Under the pieces are notes generated by a model. The model was not told where the DNA came from and did not search any database. It worked only from the letters and a program-made list of their open reading frames with translations. A program made the position numbers and the translations under genes. A DNA stretch of 64,000 nucleotides from Vicugna vicugna (lineage: Eukaryota). Below are positions 49,766 to 63,395 of the stretch, in pieces (position 1 is the first letter of the stretch; every line of letters begins with the position of its first letter). Where the stretch lies: assembly GCA_013265495.1 (NCBI GenBank), contig MU058009.1, positions 436,001 to 500,000 of the forward strand, written 5' to 3'.

Positions 49766-52483
49766 TTGATTTGATGTAAGGAAAAGGGGAAAAAGGTCAG
49801 TGCCCTCTACTCCTTCTCCAGCTGTAGATGACAACCATTCTTGTTCCTCAAATACTTCCTGATTAAACGGACAAACGTATCAGAGGCTGCATGGGACTTC
49901 TGAGCACAGCATTAAAAGGGGTCACTACAAGTAGGTTTTCTTGGGAGCTGCACGTTGAGATGACAGCTTCTTTGCTTGTAGACAAGGAGAACTCACAGAG
50001 GCACAAACAATAGAGAACTTGGGAAAAATTACGAGAGCAATTTAGGAGCGGATAATTAGATATCTTTTGCAGGGTGTTTGGGAAATTAAATTAGCTTTTT
50101 TTTTTTAAGTGAAGGTTTGGGGGGAACACTTCATAAAAAATATCACTGCGGCTGATCATTTTTCTAATATTCTCTGCCTTTCTTTCTTGCATATCCAGGG
50201 AAGTGGCACTTTTCGCCCTGAGCCGTGGCAGCCAATCATAGCCTATAATTGCATTCGCTGCATAAATTGTCAGTGACATGAGTAATAAAATTAGTTTAAA
50301 TAAACCCCCAGCCGCAACCACAAATAACTATCTGGTGGAGGATCCTCCGTCCTCTCCTTCTGGGGGAAAGGGTCACTGGCATCTCTGTAGTTAAGTTCTT
50401 GAATTAAAATGAAGATATAATTATTAGGTGGGGTGAGGTGGGAGGGGCGGGGGGTGCTTTGCGATGATCAGCAGGATCACGAGAGAACTGGCCTCCCCCA
50501 GAGGGCCCTTAGGGATGCCTGGTACCTACAGTGGGCTGCCCTGACTGGCAATGACAGCCAAGAAGGGTTTGCACCGGCTGTTGCAGAGGACAAGCCCTTG
50601 CTTGCCCAGTGGCCTTGGCTTTCCTGCCGGAGGGCCTAGAGGCATAAGGATGGACCCCGTTGCTGAGCAGCCCTCAACGTGCTCCCGCTGTGTCCCAATG
50701 AAACATCTCCACATACTGCCCGGCGGTCCCAACCTACGTCTGAAAACTCTACCCACTGGCCTGGCACTGATTGTCCCGTGTGCTGGCCAGTTTTTAACAG
50801 GATCTCATGAAGAACTCTCCCATCTAAGAGTGATAAGCTCCCCCGTTTCCCACTTCCTGGCTGCACACAGAGGCACCTGCAGGGCTGTGGAAGCCCCAGC
50901 TCAGCTTCTGCTGGATGGTGTGAGTCACATCCTGACAAAGCTTCAGGGACGTCATGTGGATGGCCACGCGGTCTCCCCCAGCATCTCTCTTCCTTTAACA
51001 GGCCCTGCTCAAAAGTCCTGCCTTCTTCTGACGTTACTGAAGCTGCTGGGGTGAGCAAGAGAGGAGCCGGCAACCCCGCTCCTAACCTCAGAGTGCCCCT
51101 CAGCCCACAGCACCCTTGTGCCACAGGCCAGCCATGCCAGCATCACATCCCCGCAGTGGCCCGGGCTCTCCCAGCATCCTCCCGACCACTTCTTCAAGCA
51201 CGGCTTCTACTGGGGTCACGTGATCCCGCTGCAGATGCACTCCTCTCCACTCCAGCCCCAGCCCCCTGACAGAGCCAGTTCTCAGGCTGAGTCTCGACCC
51301 GTCTGTCCCCCAGTTGCCTTATTACATTTCTGAGCCCACTCTGCTGACTTTATTTAATGAGGTTTATTGTTTGTGCTTAGTAATTTTCAAAGCCCCATCG
51401 CCCTCTTTGAGCTCACCCTCAGATCTTCAGCCTGCCAAAGAGGGGGGCTTTTGAAGCTCCCTTCATTAATTCAGTCCCTAGCTTCTGCATTTAAAGGCAC
51501 ACGGGTTTGAAGTGTACAGAAGCCACGGTGGGAACATCTGAGAAGCATTCCAAGGTACTGCATGTTATAAAGCCTGATTAGGAAATAGCTCGGTGCTCCT
51601 ATCTGCTCCTGCCTTAGAACTTTATTCCTTATATCAAAACGATTCTGGGATATCAAAATATCACTGTCTGACTCTGATAATAACTTCCCAGAGTTTCAGA
51701 CATTGGTGGAACAAAGATTTAATTTTAATTATCAGCAGCTCGATTTAAAAAAAAAAAACTTCAGCTCTTGTAAAGGACAGGGACGCTGGGAGGAAGGACG
51801 GAGAGGAGGGTGGGTGTGAAAACAGCAGTGCTGTGAAGTCCTGCGCAGTGACTGCCGTTGACAGGCCTTGCCATCCCTGGATGCAGGGACTCCTGCGCTG
51901 CAGATGGAGGAGGAGTTTCTCTAGCTGCTGGTCTGTCTTGCTGTCTCAGGCAGCAAATGGCAGGGGCCTCTCCCAGAGAAGCCACGTGGGCTGACAATCA
52001 AGGCAAATGCACAGACTCCAGAAGCCACACTGAGGCAGCTGGCTTCGAATCCAGCCCTGACCAGCTGAGTCAAGGAAGGCTGGCTCCTAGGACCTGCTGT
52101 CCCGAGAGCCAGGGCAGTGGTGGAGGTGATGCGGGGCGGCAGCAGCGGGCAAGATCTAACACCCGCCTCCACACCTGCGTCAGTGAGGTCCCTGTTGTCC
52201 CTGAAAGAGGAGCATGGTCCTGGCCAGCTAGCTCAGGGAAAGGAATCTTATCTAAGAACACCTAAGAGTGTCTGTGAAAGGCGGGCTGGGTTGGACGTTG
52301 TTCAGGGTGTCGCCGATTATCAATTCTAAGCCACCAGCAGCCCTGTGAGCTGCTGGGGCTCTTCCCTTTCCTTCTCTCACAACCTGGAGACAGATCACTG
52401 AGCCAGGAGGCCTGAATGCTGGCCCTGGCCCTGCCACGATCGGGGCGCAGCCCCAGGGAAGTCACATAGCCTCCCTGGTCTTC

Positions 52484-52692
52484 AATGGCTTTGCAGATTT
52501 TCAAACCATTTTTAGCAGTGAAAGTGTTTTCTTCTCCAAATGAGATTTTACATCCAAACTCATGATTTAAAATAACAAAGAGGGGCTGCCCTGGTGGCAG
52601 GAGGTCCCCCTCCCACCCTGCCGCCCCAGCCGAGGCTGAGGGACCTCAGAGCACCTCGGCCCTTCTCAGAACCCAACACGAAAACAAAGCTC
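52484..52692. mobile_element. hAT element fragment (MER102-like)
   Basis: ttttcaaaccatttttagcagtgaaa...caaatgagattttac...gaacccaacacgaaaac. Confidence 0.45.
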
Positions 52693-52927
52693 TGAACTAG
52701 CTTTACGACCGCTTCTCGCTGTACCGTTTATGACTCGATTTTAATCGCTACCATTTCGTATACACTCAGGAGGGGCCCTGAGAGAGGCACAAGTGACAGA
52801 CTCTTCTTGGGAGATCAGCTATCATTTATCCTTAAGGAGGAAGAAAGAAAATGACAACCCTGAGAAAACGATTTCCCTTTCACAACCTTATTACGAATGC
52901 TAAGCGCAGCTGGAAGCAAGGTGAGGC

Positions 52928-52978
52928 TGTGTGTGTGCGTGTGTGTGCGTGTGTGTGCGTGGTGGGTGGGTGTGGTTG
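52928..52978. repeat. (GT/GC)n microsatellite
   Basis: Read directly. Confidence 0.85.
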
Positions 52979-54539
52979 GAGGGTCAACCCTTTTTGCTAT
53001 TTTGATTTTGTTTGCAGTAGCAGGGCCAAGAGAGCTGCGGCCCAACCTGAGTCCTGTGCCCCTGGCACGGGGGACACAGTCGCCCCAGATGGTCAGAGGG
53101 GCTGGGGTCTCCTCACATCCCACGTGAGCGCAGGTAGCTCACTGGGCCTCCGGAGAGTGGGTCTCACGCAGGGCTGGTCTAGGGGACAAGCCCAGCCTGG
53201 CCGCGGCGGGCTGCCGGTCTGCGCGGGGGCAGCGCTGGGTATTCTAAGCGCCGGTGGGACAGCTTTCGCTGTCTCCCTGCACAGCTGTTTGCACGCGAGG
53301 GAGGGATTTTGCGCATGGAGTAATTTTCCCTTATTGTTTGGCCTCCCTGCGTTCACCTCAGAGACGTATCAGAGAAGAGTGTTCTTCCGAGAAAATTTCA
53401 GCCTTTAGGATTCATACAAATAAATCTGCTGACTGCCCATGCCTCCCCCACTTCCCTCAAACCACTCACAACAAGTCAGATAAATACCTTTTCAAATGGC
53501 GCTTCTCCTATAATTTCACTTCCTTTAAAAATGGTGATGGGGTTATACCGGCAGCCCAGAAATGTCCATCATGCATTTATTCTCTCCAGCTCAGTGCTAG
53601 GCAGCAATTAGCAAAGGTAACACTAATTAGGCTTTACAATGTAGTATGTGTCCCCCTAAACTTAAGTCATAGCTTTTTAAGCTTCTGATGATTGAAGGTC
53701 ACTCCGCTGGTCTCCGTCATAGCGGGGGTGCTAACGAGTGTGTGTGGTATGCATGGGGATGCCCAGGTTCCTCTTGGCCTTTATTAGCACTTACTGGGTC
53801 ACTCTCCTTAATTTGCTGCTGAGCTCATGCCCTGAACAGAACCAGTGAACCAGCCACCTGCAAGGCTGGAAGTTTTAGACTCTAGAGAAACTGACCCTCT
53901 GTAAGTCCTGGCTGTCTGGGTTCTTATGAGATAATCCTTTGTTTTTCCCTGGACTTCAAAGCTTCACCCTCTATTTGTCCCATCATCTCAGCCAGCCAAC
54001 CATCTACCACCTCCAAATGCACTTAAACTGGTTCCTTCCTGCTAAGAAAAAAAGGTTATATTATTAGACTATGTATGTTATGAACAACTAAACGTTCATA
54101 GTTTTATGTTTTGATCATGTTTGACCCAGGATATTTTGGACAGAGTTTGTGTTTCCAGCATCTGCTTCTATTTTTTAGACTGTAAGCTCTCGGGAGGCAG
54201 AACACGAACCCATGAGATGGTCTCTGCACGTGTCTCCCCCAGAGCCATGTGGTGCTCGGTGTTTCGCGTGGGCTTTTGGATGCTGCTGTACGGAATGAGA
54301 TGGTGGGAAGGCCAGTGATGAGAGTCAAGCAGAATCCTCCCCGGGTGCAGCTGGAAGATATGACAAAATCTATTTCCAGGGGTGGCATGCCTGCATCATC
54401 ATGTCTGGGGGACCTCGGAGGATGATGTGATTTTGAGAGACACTATGGGGAATTCAGGCTTCCCGTCTTCCTTCGAAAGGAGTGAAGGGAAGTGATGAGT
54501 TGAGGTTTGTATATACAAACTGGAGGAGGTTAGGGTGGC

Positions 54540-55030
54540 CTTCATTTATTTCTTTGTTTGGTAAGTATTTCTCCCTGTGTAGGGGTACAGTGGGAAACAG
54601 GGCAGGTGTGATTCCTGCCTCTTGAGCCGATATTCCAGTGTGAGGAGACCGCAGCAAGCAGCTACTTCCCCAGCTGATTCTTCATTTTTAATCATATTAA
54701 GTAAAATGAAGAGCTATGGGATGCCCGATTTACTCAGTGAGGTCCAGGGGCTTCCCTGAGGAAGTGATGCTTCAGCTGGGGTCTGAGGGATGAGTAGGAG
54801 TCATCAGACTAATGGTAAAGGGGAGGGCATTCTAGGCACAGAGAGGAGATGCGTGAAGGTCCCGGGGCACAAAACAGCCAAGAGCTAAAAGAACAAGAGG
54901 AGGGTGGCATCGGCTGAAGGCTGTTGGGCCAGGCTCCCTGTTGGAGCAGGCAGCTCTCTGCAGTCCCAGCCACAGGGCTTCATTTTTATCCTCGGCCACG
55001 GGAGCATTAAAGCAAGACAGTGACATCATC
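54540..55030 (-). mobile_element. L2 LINE fragment
   Basis: ggcttccctgaggaagtgatgcttcagctggggtctgagggatgagtaggagt...gagggcattctaggcacagag. Confidence 0.8.
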
Positions 55031-57954
55031 ATTTATCACCCTCGTCCCCCAATGTTTTCTTGACCAGAGATCAAATGAGCTCTTGAGCTTTCTAGGCACT
55101 AAGAGTGGGAGATATCAAACCATTCATAACATGCTGCATCTTCTCTGGGAATCCAGAGGGTGTAGGGCTTCAAGGCAGCCTGCGAGAAGCCACAGATGAG
55201 CGCGAGAAACACTGAGCTTCGAAGGAATCAACTCCCAGGAAGAGAGATTCTCCGATGTTACAGCTTGCGACCGTTCCTAGTGCTTCCATGACACCTGCCT
55301 CCCGTCGAGGAGCATCCTTCTTGTGGAAGGAGACGAAAAGCAGAGAGGCGGGAGGAGGGAAGGAACATCCAAAGCAAAGCTTCTGAGAAGCCCTTGGCGT
55401 TTTCCTGTTCCCCCTTTAAGACAACTGAATGCCAGATCCCAGAAGAGCCGGACGGGTCCCAGGTCTCAGATGGAGCCAGGGTCTGAGTTACGACTCTTCT
55501 GGTTACTGAAAGCCCTTGTGAATAGAGCGCCGGCTTCTTTAGCCTCTGGAGCAGGTGGGGGTGGGACGTCCATTCCATCGCTGTCCTTAGCCTCCCTTTT
55601 ACTGCTGCCCTGGGCCTGGGACAGAACACATTCTGCCAGGAGCCACGTGGCCACACGACCCCGTCGGGCAGATGGCTAGAACCCCAGGCGATGAACACTA
55701 CTGGCAGCACACACTTACTGTGACATCAAGAGAAGACACTGCAGTGGCTTTGTCGCCAGACTGAATGGCACATTCTCATAGCCTGATAATGCAGAAATAC
55801 AGTGCATTTGTAATAGACAACAAAAGGATTATCCCCCATTCATTTCAAAGCGCCCTTCATTCCACTGAGGGATTACATTTCTCTTTACTTATCTTGCAAA
55901 TGGTTTTTTTTTTTTTAATTCTTGTTTTCTCTGAAGAGCGCATGCATGGCTTATGGCAAATATAAAATGTTGCTGGGCCTTTTCAAGGCAAGGCCTCCAT
56001 TAATCACAGAGAAGTCATTCTCCAGGACACCGTGAGCGCTCTAATCCACTGAGAGGTGTTTGTGTATCTAAGCAAGTAACCCCACAGCATCCTGCCTCTT
56101 CGCTAGTCTGCAGGGGGGAAGTGATCCCTGAGAAAAGGGCAGCATCTCAGAGCAGACCTGAGCTGGTCTTCTGAGTGGGCTTCTCTGAGTTCTCCCAACA
56201 TGGGGCTTTGGGTCCCGAGGATGCTCCTCCACGGCGCTCCTCCACACCTCCTCCAGGTACCCGGGCACGCTTTTTAAAGGTTTCTGCTGCTTACGTGGAA
56301 TGGAGAAAACATCAGAGCCTAAGCAGCAGGCAGAGCTGGGGTATTCCCAGCGGACGGAACACTGGCACAGGTGCCCTAGAACACTGCGTGGAGAAGGTGG
56401 GGCCCGTCAGTGGCTTCAGTGCCCTCCATCCAAGGAGCGGGGGACTGTGCCAACTGGCCAGGACTGTAATGCCATCCAGAGATCCGACTCTGCTCAGACC
56501 CCGGGGTGAGGGGGAGCGTGGTCGGCAGCCCCCGGCACCTGGGAATTCACTCAGCACAGGTGTCATCCCTGTGACTAGTTGCCTCTTTAGATCTCATCCA
56601 AGCAGTTTCTGCTTTACTATTGTTGACACCCCTTACGCCCAATCGTACTTAGTCTTGTACTCCGCCCAGGGATATGTTAGTAAGTGTGGCTATGGCTGCT
56701 GTTTGATGCTTCTGGCTCCTTTCATTGGCTCCTTTAAGACTTTGCAGACACAGGACACTAGGAAGAGGCTGGGGAAGGAGCTGCAGTGGATAATGGGCCC
56801 CGGGCGCCTTCCTGGGGCTGAACTCCTCCGAGTGTGCTGTGCCCTGGCCTCTTCCTTCCCTGTTCTTGCAACCATCCAAGCTATCAACCCAAGAAGCGTG
56901 CCTCACACACGTGGACTGCAAACAACTCCACAACTCTAACAATCTCTCCCGGCCCCTGGACCAGATGAGCACGTGTGGCCGCATGGGGAAGAGCGGCGAT
57001 TGGCCCAGGCCCACCGCGCTGGGGGTGGAGTGAGCAGAGTGTTGCTCCCATGTGGGTGGGAAACCCCATGATGAAGCGGCCAGTCTGGGATCACACAGTT
57101 TAGGAAGGCTTCTCTTTAAGGTGTTCAAACCCTTACAGACAGACAATCAAAAGCTTTCCCCCAAGGGTTCTCTTATTTTGGAAAAAGACTTAACAATTGA
57201 ATGTGCAATTCACCTGGACCCCAGCATGGTCTACCATGAACATGAGACCTCCGTCGTTCACCCGTCATACTCCCAACCAAGCCCACTCCCCACCTCGCTG
57301 CCAGTGGAAGGAGAGGGGAGCCTGCTTCCATGGAGGGTTACACTCACGGCCTCCCCCTGTTTGTGCAGAGCAGGGCTGTCAGGATGTTTTCATTTCCCCT
57401 CTCTGTGCGCTGCACAATGCCACATCAAAAATACATTTGCATTGCAGCTTACTTTCCGAAGATGGATAATTTGGTTAAATCTCTTCCCTTTTGATCTCAT
57501 CTCCAGTTTCAGATGAGCAGCAGTACACCACGCAGCAGCAGAAGCCCATTTTATGCTCGTGAAAAAGAATTTAATGACCCTCTGAGCTAAAATTGATCCT
57601 CTGATAAGATGGCACTTGTGGGCTACTTTGACAGAAACATTAAACTAAGTGAGTCTGTACATAGCCACTGATGGATGACACCCCGAGCTGCAGCTGGGAC
57701 CAGGGAGGGCGTGTAACTTTGCCTCTGCTTAGGAAGGGGGACTAGATGCTCGTGCGGGCCAAGCCTGTCAAGTGCTGCGGGATCCCTGCAGAATGGGAAT
57801 CGGAGCAGCGTTTAGGAGGCCTGCAGCTCACAGAGGTCGGGGAGTTTGCACGGCTGCCTTGCAGAGCCACGCCATTCATGCCAGGCACCCTCAGGTTGCT
57901 GGCCCTGCTTCTATTCTCTGATGCTGCTCCTTCCTACCTCGTGCACAGTTGAGA

Positions 57955-58560
57955 GTAAACACTTAGCGTCAAAGTTATCAGCAACGAGAGTAAATGAAAA
58001 CCACAATGAAATACTACTTTGTGTCAATTAAGCAAGCAAGAACTAGAAAAGCAGAGAACACCAAGGGCTAGTGAGCCCGTGGGGAGCACAAAACCCTCAG
58101 GTACTAGTGGTGAGAATGTAGACTAGTCAATTATTTTCAAACACACGCGGCAGTACTTAATAAAATGACGTAGCCTAAGACCCAGAAATCTTGTCTGGTG
58201 GAATGAATGCCAGAATTTTCAAACAGGTTCACGGCAGTGGGGAATGGAATCAGAAGCAACCTAAAGTTCCATCGAAAGGGGATGGATGAATAAAACTGAT
58301 AAATGTGTCAGTTAGAGACAAGAACTGGGTAAATATCAACAATATGAGCAATTACTAAAAGCAGACTTGGATGGGAGAAGAAACAGAACTATCTATGCAG
58401 CACTATGTCGTCGAGATAAATTAAGATCATTCACACAGAGAATGCTGCATGTTTTACATATGCATTCAAAGACATGTAGCAAACATAGACCAGTTACCTA
58501 GGGAGAGGAGGGGAAATAGGAGTGAGGACCAGGAATAAAGGTTAAAAAATACAGAAAAAA
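57955..58560 (+). mobile_element. Old L1M (L1ME-like) ORF2 end/3' UTR
   Basis: aaaaccacaatgaaatacta...ctagtggtgagaatgtagactagt...gaagcaacctaaagttccatcgaaaggggatggatgaataaa. Confidence 0.75.
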
Positions 58561-61500
58561 GAGTTCTTCCTTAACGGGTGCTAATATTCCATAAACTGAG
58601 ACGTACGATTAGCCGAAGTCTTTGTGGCTTATGTTCGACTTAAAAAAACAGCCATTAATTTAGAACACGGTGTATGTAAATTTCAACACAAACTCTGATG
58701 ATTACAAGCGAGGCTCCCTTTTCCGACTGTCCTGGAATCTACAAACCTGGACAGTCAGTAGGGCTGCTGTAAGATGAGGAGATGTGAAAGCAGGTGGAAA
58801 AAAATCTCTCCCATTTCTGAGCTCCCTGGGACTGCAGGTAATAAAGGCTAACAGAAGGCAGGAGGTCAGTTAGACTCAGTTACAAACTAACTGATCCACC
58901 AGAAGGAAACAAAGCCAAGGGATGTTCTACACTCTTGTGAAATGGGGGTGTCCTACATACATGACTCCAATCTGAGAAGTGCATTGACTTTCTGACTTGG
59001 GTATAATGATCATCCAGAGAGGCTGATCAAAACAAGAGCTGGTCTGAATTCTTTATAGCCTTTCACTCCTTGTAGATGTGGAGATAGCTATGAATAAGTG
59101 GATGGAGGTCATCAAAGTCATTTGCACTTGTAAAATGTGACCCAGCAACCATTAAACACAGAATCTCTGATAAAAGCAGTAAAAAAAAAAAAAGTGTCAC
59201 GTACCCTAACTGACAAAGGAAGGGAAAGGAAGGAGCTGGAAGTCATATGTGGAGGGCTGATAAGAATCCTGTTCCTGGGATTATAATGGTGCCTGCTTTT
59301 CTCCCTCCATTTGTCTAAGAATCTGCAAGAAGGTAGTGGAAGACAAACCTTCCTCAAAGTTGGGAATCGCCCCTCAATCTCTAGAAAGCCATGCCATTCC
59401 CATCAACTGGCCTATCTGACGAGATGAATCCTAGGGCTGGGGTTCTGGAAGCAGCTGTTGTGAAAGGTACTCTCAAGCCGAAGAGCTGAGCACGGAGGTT
59501 GGTTAAGCCGAAGGCTAGCAAAGCAGCTGTTCCTGAAGTTCTATAGCATTTGGACACACCATTTAGTTCACAAATGACGCCCAAATGTGACCCAAAATGT
59601 GTCATGGAGGCCCAGTGATTGAGTTTTACATATTAGAATAGGAAAAAAAGAAAAAACGAAAAAGCAAGTCGAGGCCCTGGAAGACGTCCTAGACGCGCAG
59701 CATTTCCTTAGCATCTTTCCTGGAGCTCAAATCTCCTTCTACAAAGCCAACACTGCCCTTCAGTTGAGCAAATCTGCTGGTGGTGGGAAGCAGCAATAGT
59801 CATATTAATTGTGTGGTGGTTGGTGTTTTGTAAAAGGCATATTTGGTTGACAGATCCCTGATAAATCATCTTCCCTACCCTTCAAACAGGTGTTTTGCAT
59901 GGTGGACACATGCTGCCAGAGTCGAGGAGTTAAATGCAAGGGTGTCTGCTCCCATGTGGGTAAAGACACAGGTCTCATGTGCTGAATTTATATCAAATAC
60001 ATAGTCTAACACCAGAACATGAATCCCTCAGTCACCGACAGCTTGCATTATTCAAACCAAAGACCCCTTTATCACCAATGATCAAGAGGAAAGTGGATTC
60101 AGTTGGGGTTCAGAACTACTCAGAGGCTTCCTTGACTGCAGAGTTCCTGCATGTGAAAAATGCAGAGAAGCCTAGGAATAGAAAAGACAGGGAAAAAAAA
60201 AGAAATACTGCAGGTCTATTGATGGCAACCCAATAGGAATGCATATTCATTTCCCAATAATGCACTCCCATTCCCTTTCCTTCTGCAAAGGGTTAAGCAA
60301 AAAAGTAATTAAACAATGATTTCTTTATAAGTGCTGGACTTTTGAGGCCTGTTTTCTCTGTTGGAAAAAAAAATAGATTTAAGATAATGGCCCTATTCTC
60401 CTCAGAATAAATTAAGCTCAGAGATAAAGAATTCCATTACTAATGCCTTTCAGCAAAGCCCAGGCATCCTTTAAAGTCAAACTTTAAAGTATAAAGTGCC
60501 GTGATCTTGTTGAAATCTTTCCTGTAATGATATTTAAGTGATGGGCAGGGATATCAATGGTTCAGGCAAAGTATTGATTGTGTATCTTCAGGGCTGTCGA
60601 GCTCTTCCAGAGTGTTCTGTTGGAAGGGATGCATTGCACTTATTTAAAGACACTTTCAAAATAGTTGTAAGTTAAGTCAAGTGACTGCTTTTTCTTGGAA
60701 ACCAGGAAAAGAGGGGAAGTTAAGAGGGCAAGAGAGAGAAGAAAGGAACCTGGGGGAGACTTAAGGCAGAAATTAATGGCAAAGACCGAAATATGGAACC
60801 AACAGCCAGGCGCTGGGATATTGGCTCAAACCTGTGTATGGTACCTGCTTCGAGTTACAGATTCTTCTTAGTGTCTGGCTCTCAACATTTTTCTTTTTGG
60901 CTTAGCTCACAACTTGGGTGTCTCAGAACGTCATATACGATGCTGACAAACTGATGAATAGCCCCAAATGTGGGGCTATTTGTAATTCTAATTACAATTA
61001 GATTTGTAATTCTAAGTCATTTCCCCTACATGACTGTAAACTTCTTGGGGGGAGAGATTGAAAAAGTCCTTTTCTTGCTTGATAGTCTCAATAAAATACA
61101 TGCACCTTGAGGGTGCCCAGGGCAAACGACTTCAACATCAGTTGTCCTCCTTGAAACAAAGAAATAACCAATGAATTCACCGGGAACCATTGCCATCCTA
61201 GAACTCACAGCTGAAGTGACTCCAGCTGGTTGCCAGGGGGCTCTGGGGACACCCCCACTGTGGTCTGGAGCAAAGCCTCCCCAGCCACATTCTTCACTTC
61301 CACAGGACAATGAGTAACACCCCCAGTGCCCAGCACTGTGGGGTCTACAAAGCACATCCTGGCTCCTGGGTGTCACCCTTCAGTCAGAAACACCCACGGA
61401 GCCTTGGTCCTATGGTGTTACCATCAGGGAGAGTGCAGAGGGCTTTGGGACCACGTAAAGTTCTGTGGTGGAGTCTGGCAAGGAAATGCCCTCTGGGTGA

Positions 61501-61794
61501 AGGAGTCTAGATAATGGACAAAAGAGACCCATCCCGGCCACATGGAACACGCTGTGTGTTTACAACAGAGGAAAAGTTTTCTTGCCATTGCTTAAAATTT
61601 CTGGCTTCCTTTTAGTTTGATTTTTTTTGGATCAAATTAATCTATTTGAAATATGTGTATGCACACATATATACACAAACTTATGCGATAGATATTCACT
61701 CATGATTTTAAAGTGCATATTTCTTATGATATTAGTTTAAGGCTTTATAAAATGGAATTCAAAAGAATGTATTCATGATTATATTGCCTTAATG

Positions 61795-61985
61795 CAGCAG
61801 ATTTGTCTAACAAACATTTGTTTGGCACTTGCCATGTGTCAAGCAAGGTGCTAATTTCTATGGGTACAGAAGTGAAAGACATGCTCTTTTCCCTTAAAAG
61901 TCCACAATCTATGGGCAGATGAGTGAGAAAACCAACAATTACAATGCAGCGTGTAAGGAAGAGAACAGAATGCTGGGCAAGCCTG
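61795..61985 (-). mobile_element. L2 fragment
   Basis: aacaaacatttgtttggcacttgccatgtgtcaagcaaggtgcta...ccttaaaagtccacaatcta. Confidence 0.7.
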
Positions 61986-63329
61986 ACGACCTAGCTCCCT
62001 TCCAATATCATGTATGAAAAATCCAGTTCTTACATGGCTATCTTCATGGAAGAGACACAATTTTGTGTTCTGTTTCCCTCTTATCTGTGTTTAATCACAT
62101 TTCCTTAGGAGGATGTGTCAATGTGCCTTCCCTCTCTCAGGGAGATTTTCTTTAAGTAAACAGAAATCTGGTCACCAAAATGCTACCACCTGACATCTTT
62201 GCCTATATTCATTGATTTCATTACTTCATCTGAACAATAATTTTTTTTTTTTAAAAAGGAAGCCCAGGATTCTTCAACCTTGTGAAATAAGCAAACAATC
62301 GTCTCATCATTCAGCCAGCAACATAGTGTTCCTCGGCCTGTTGTTTTCAGCTTGTCTAATTATCCCAGAAAGAATAGCTATGGTAAACATCCTCATATTG
62401 GCAAATATGCTTTTGATTTAAGAAATTTAATAGAGGAAAATGCTGGAAGCCTTGTAGTCATCTCTGCTATATTTAGAGGGAAACAGCCATCTCTCTGCAG
62501 TTATCATTTGGTATGAGCTTTAGGCACTCCATGTTCTTCTTTCCTTTCTTCTTTTTTCTTTATAAACTTTTTTTTTTGTCTCCACCCCCCACCCCAGGTT
62601 AAGAATGCAGGGATCATAGTTGCACAATTATTAAGACGAGGCCACTTAAATTTCACCCTCCATAGATACAGTGTCGGTGGCAGTGTTTAATTAGAGATTA
62701 AAATCGAAGAACTGAATAATTGGGGTTGCTAATGAATTTGGAAACTCAGCAAAGCAAGGAGAGCTGGGCATTTTTCTGGCTTTGGTTTTCTTTTTCTTGA
62801 ACCCTTTTTCATTTCCCTCAATGATCACATTTCTGGCCCTGACCGCTCAGTTTATTACTACTCATACCCTTGGCCTAAGTGAAGACAAAAAAGCTGCAGC
62901 CTCTTTGCTGAGTTCCCGGAGCCGTTCAGTCTATTGGATTTACAGCATGTTCAGGGGTCGTGATTGCAGGAGGCTGGCAATGATGAAAATGAGATATGCG
63001 AGGGCACCGACAATTTCTGTAATCACCCTAATAGGTCAGCATGACAATGGATGCTGCCAGCTGGAAAAATAAGGAGATGGTCCTAAATCAAAGAAATTTC
63101 CAAATATCGCAAGTCCTTCTGCCCCCTTGCCCCCGCAGGGAGACCGGGTTATCTGGGCACCTTGCCTGGGAGGTGCACGTTAGCTTCAGGTGCCCAACAA
63201 TGAATGTAGTCCCTTGGTTTACCCTGAAACACAATCGACCCTCCCCAAGGTGGTCCTATGATACCCTTGCCCTGGGTAGATAGCACACTTCAAGCCCAAC
63301 CTGGAGGTAATTCTCAAGCAGGGATTTCT

Positions 63330-63395
63330 GCATTGGGAGGTGGCTGGATTGTAAGACCTCGAAGGTTCTTTGCAACTCTGAAATGCTATGATTTT
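63330..63395 (+). mobile_element. MIR3/L3 3' tail fragment
   Basis: ggctggattgtaagacctcgaaggttctttgcaactctgaaatgctatgatt. Confidence 0.55.

Noticed and set aside
50091..50321. 76-aa ORF with hydrophobic N-terminus
   Set aside because: Non-ATG start; hydrophobicity is explained by AT-rich motif-dense DNA
56175..56939. 254-aa ORF
   Set aside because: Non-ATG start, GC-rich background, no domain
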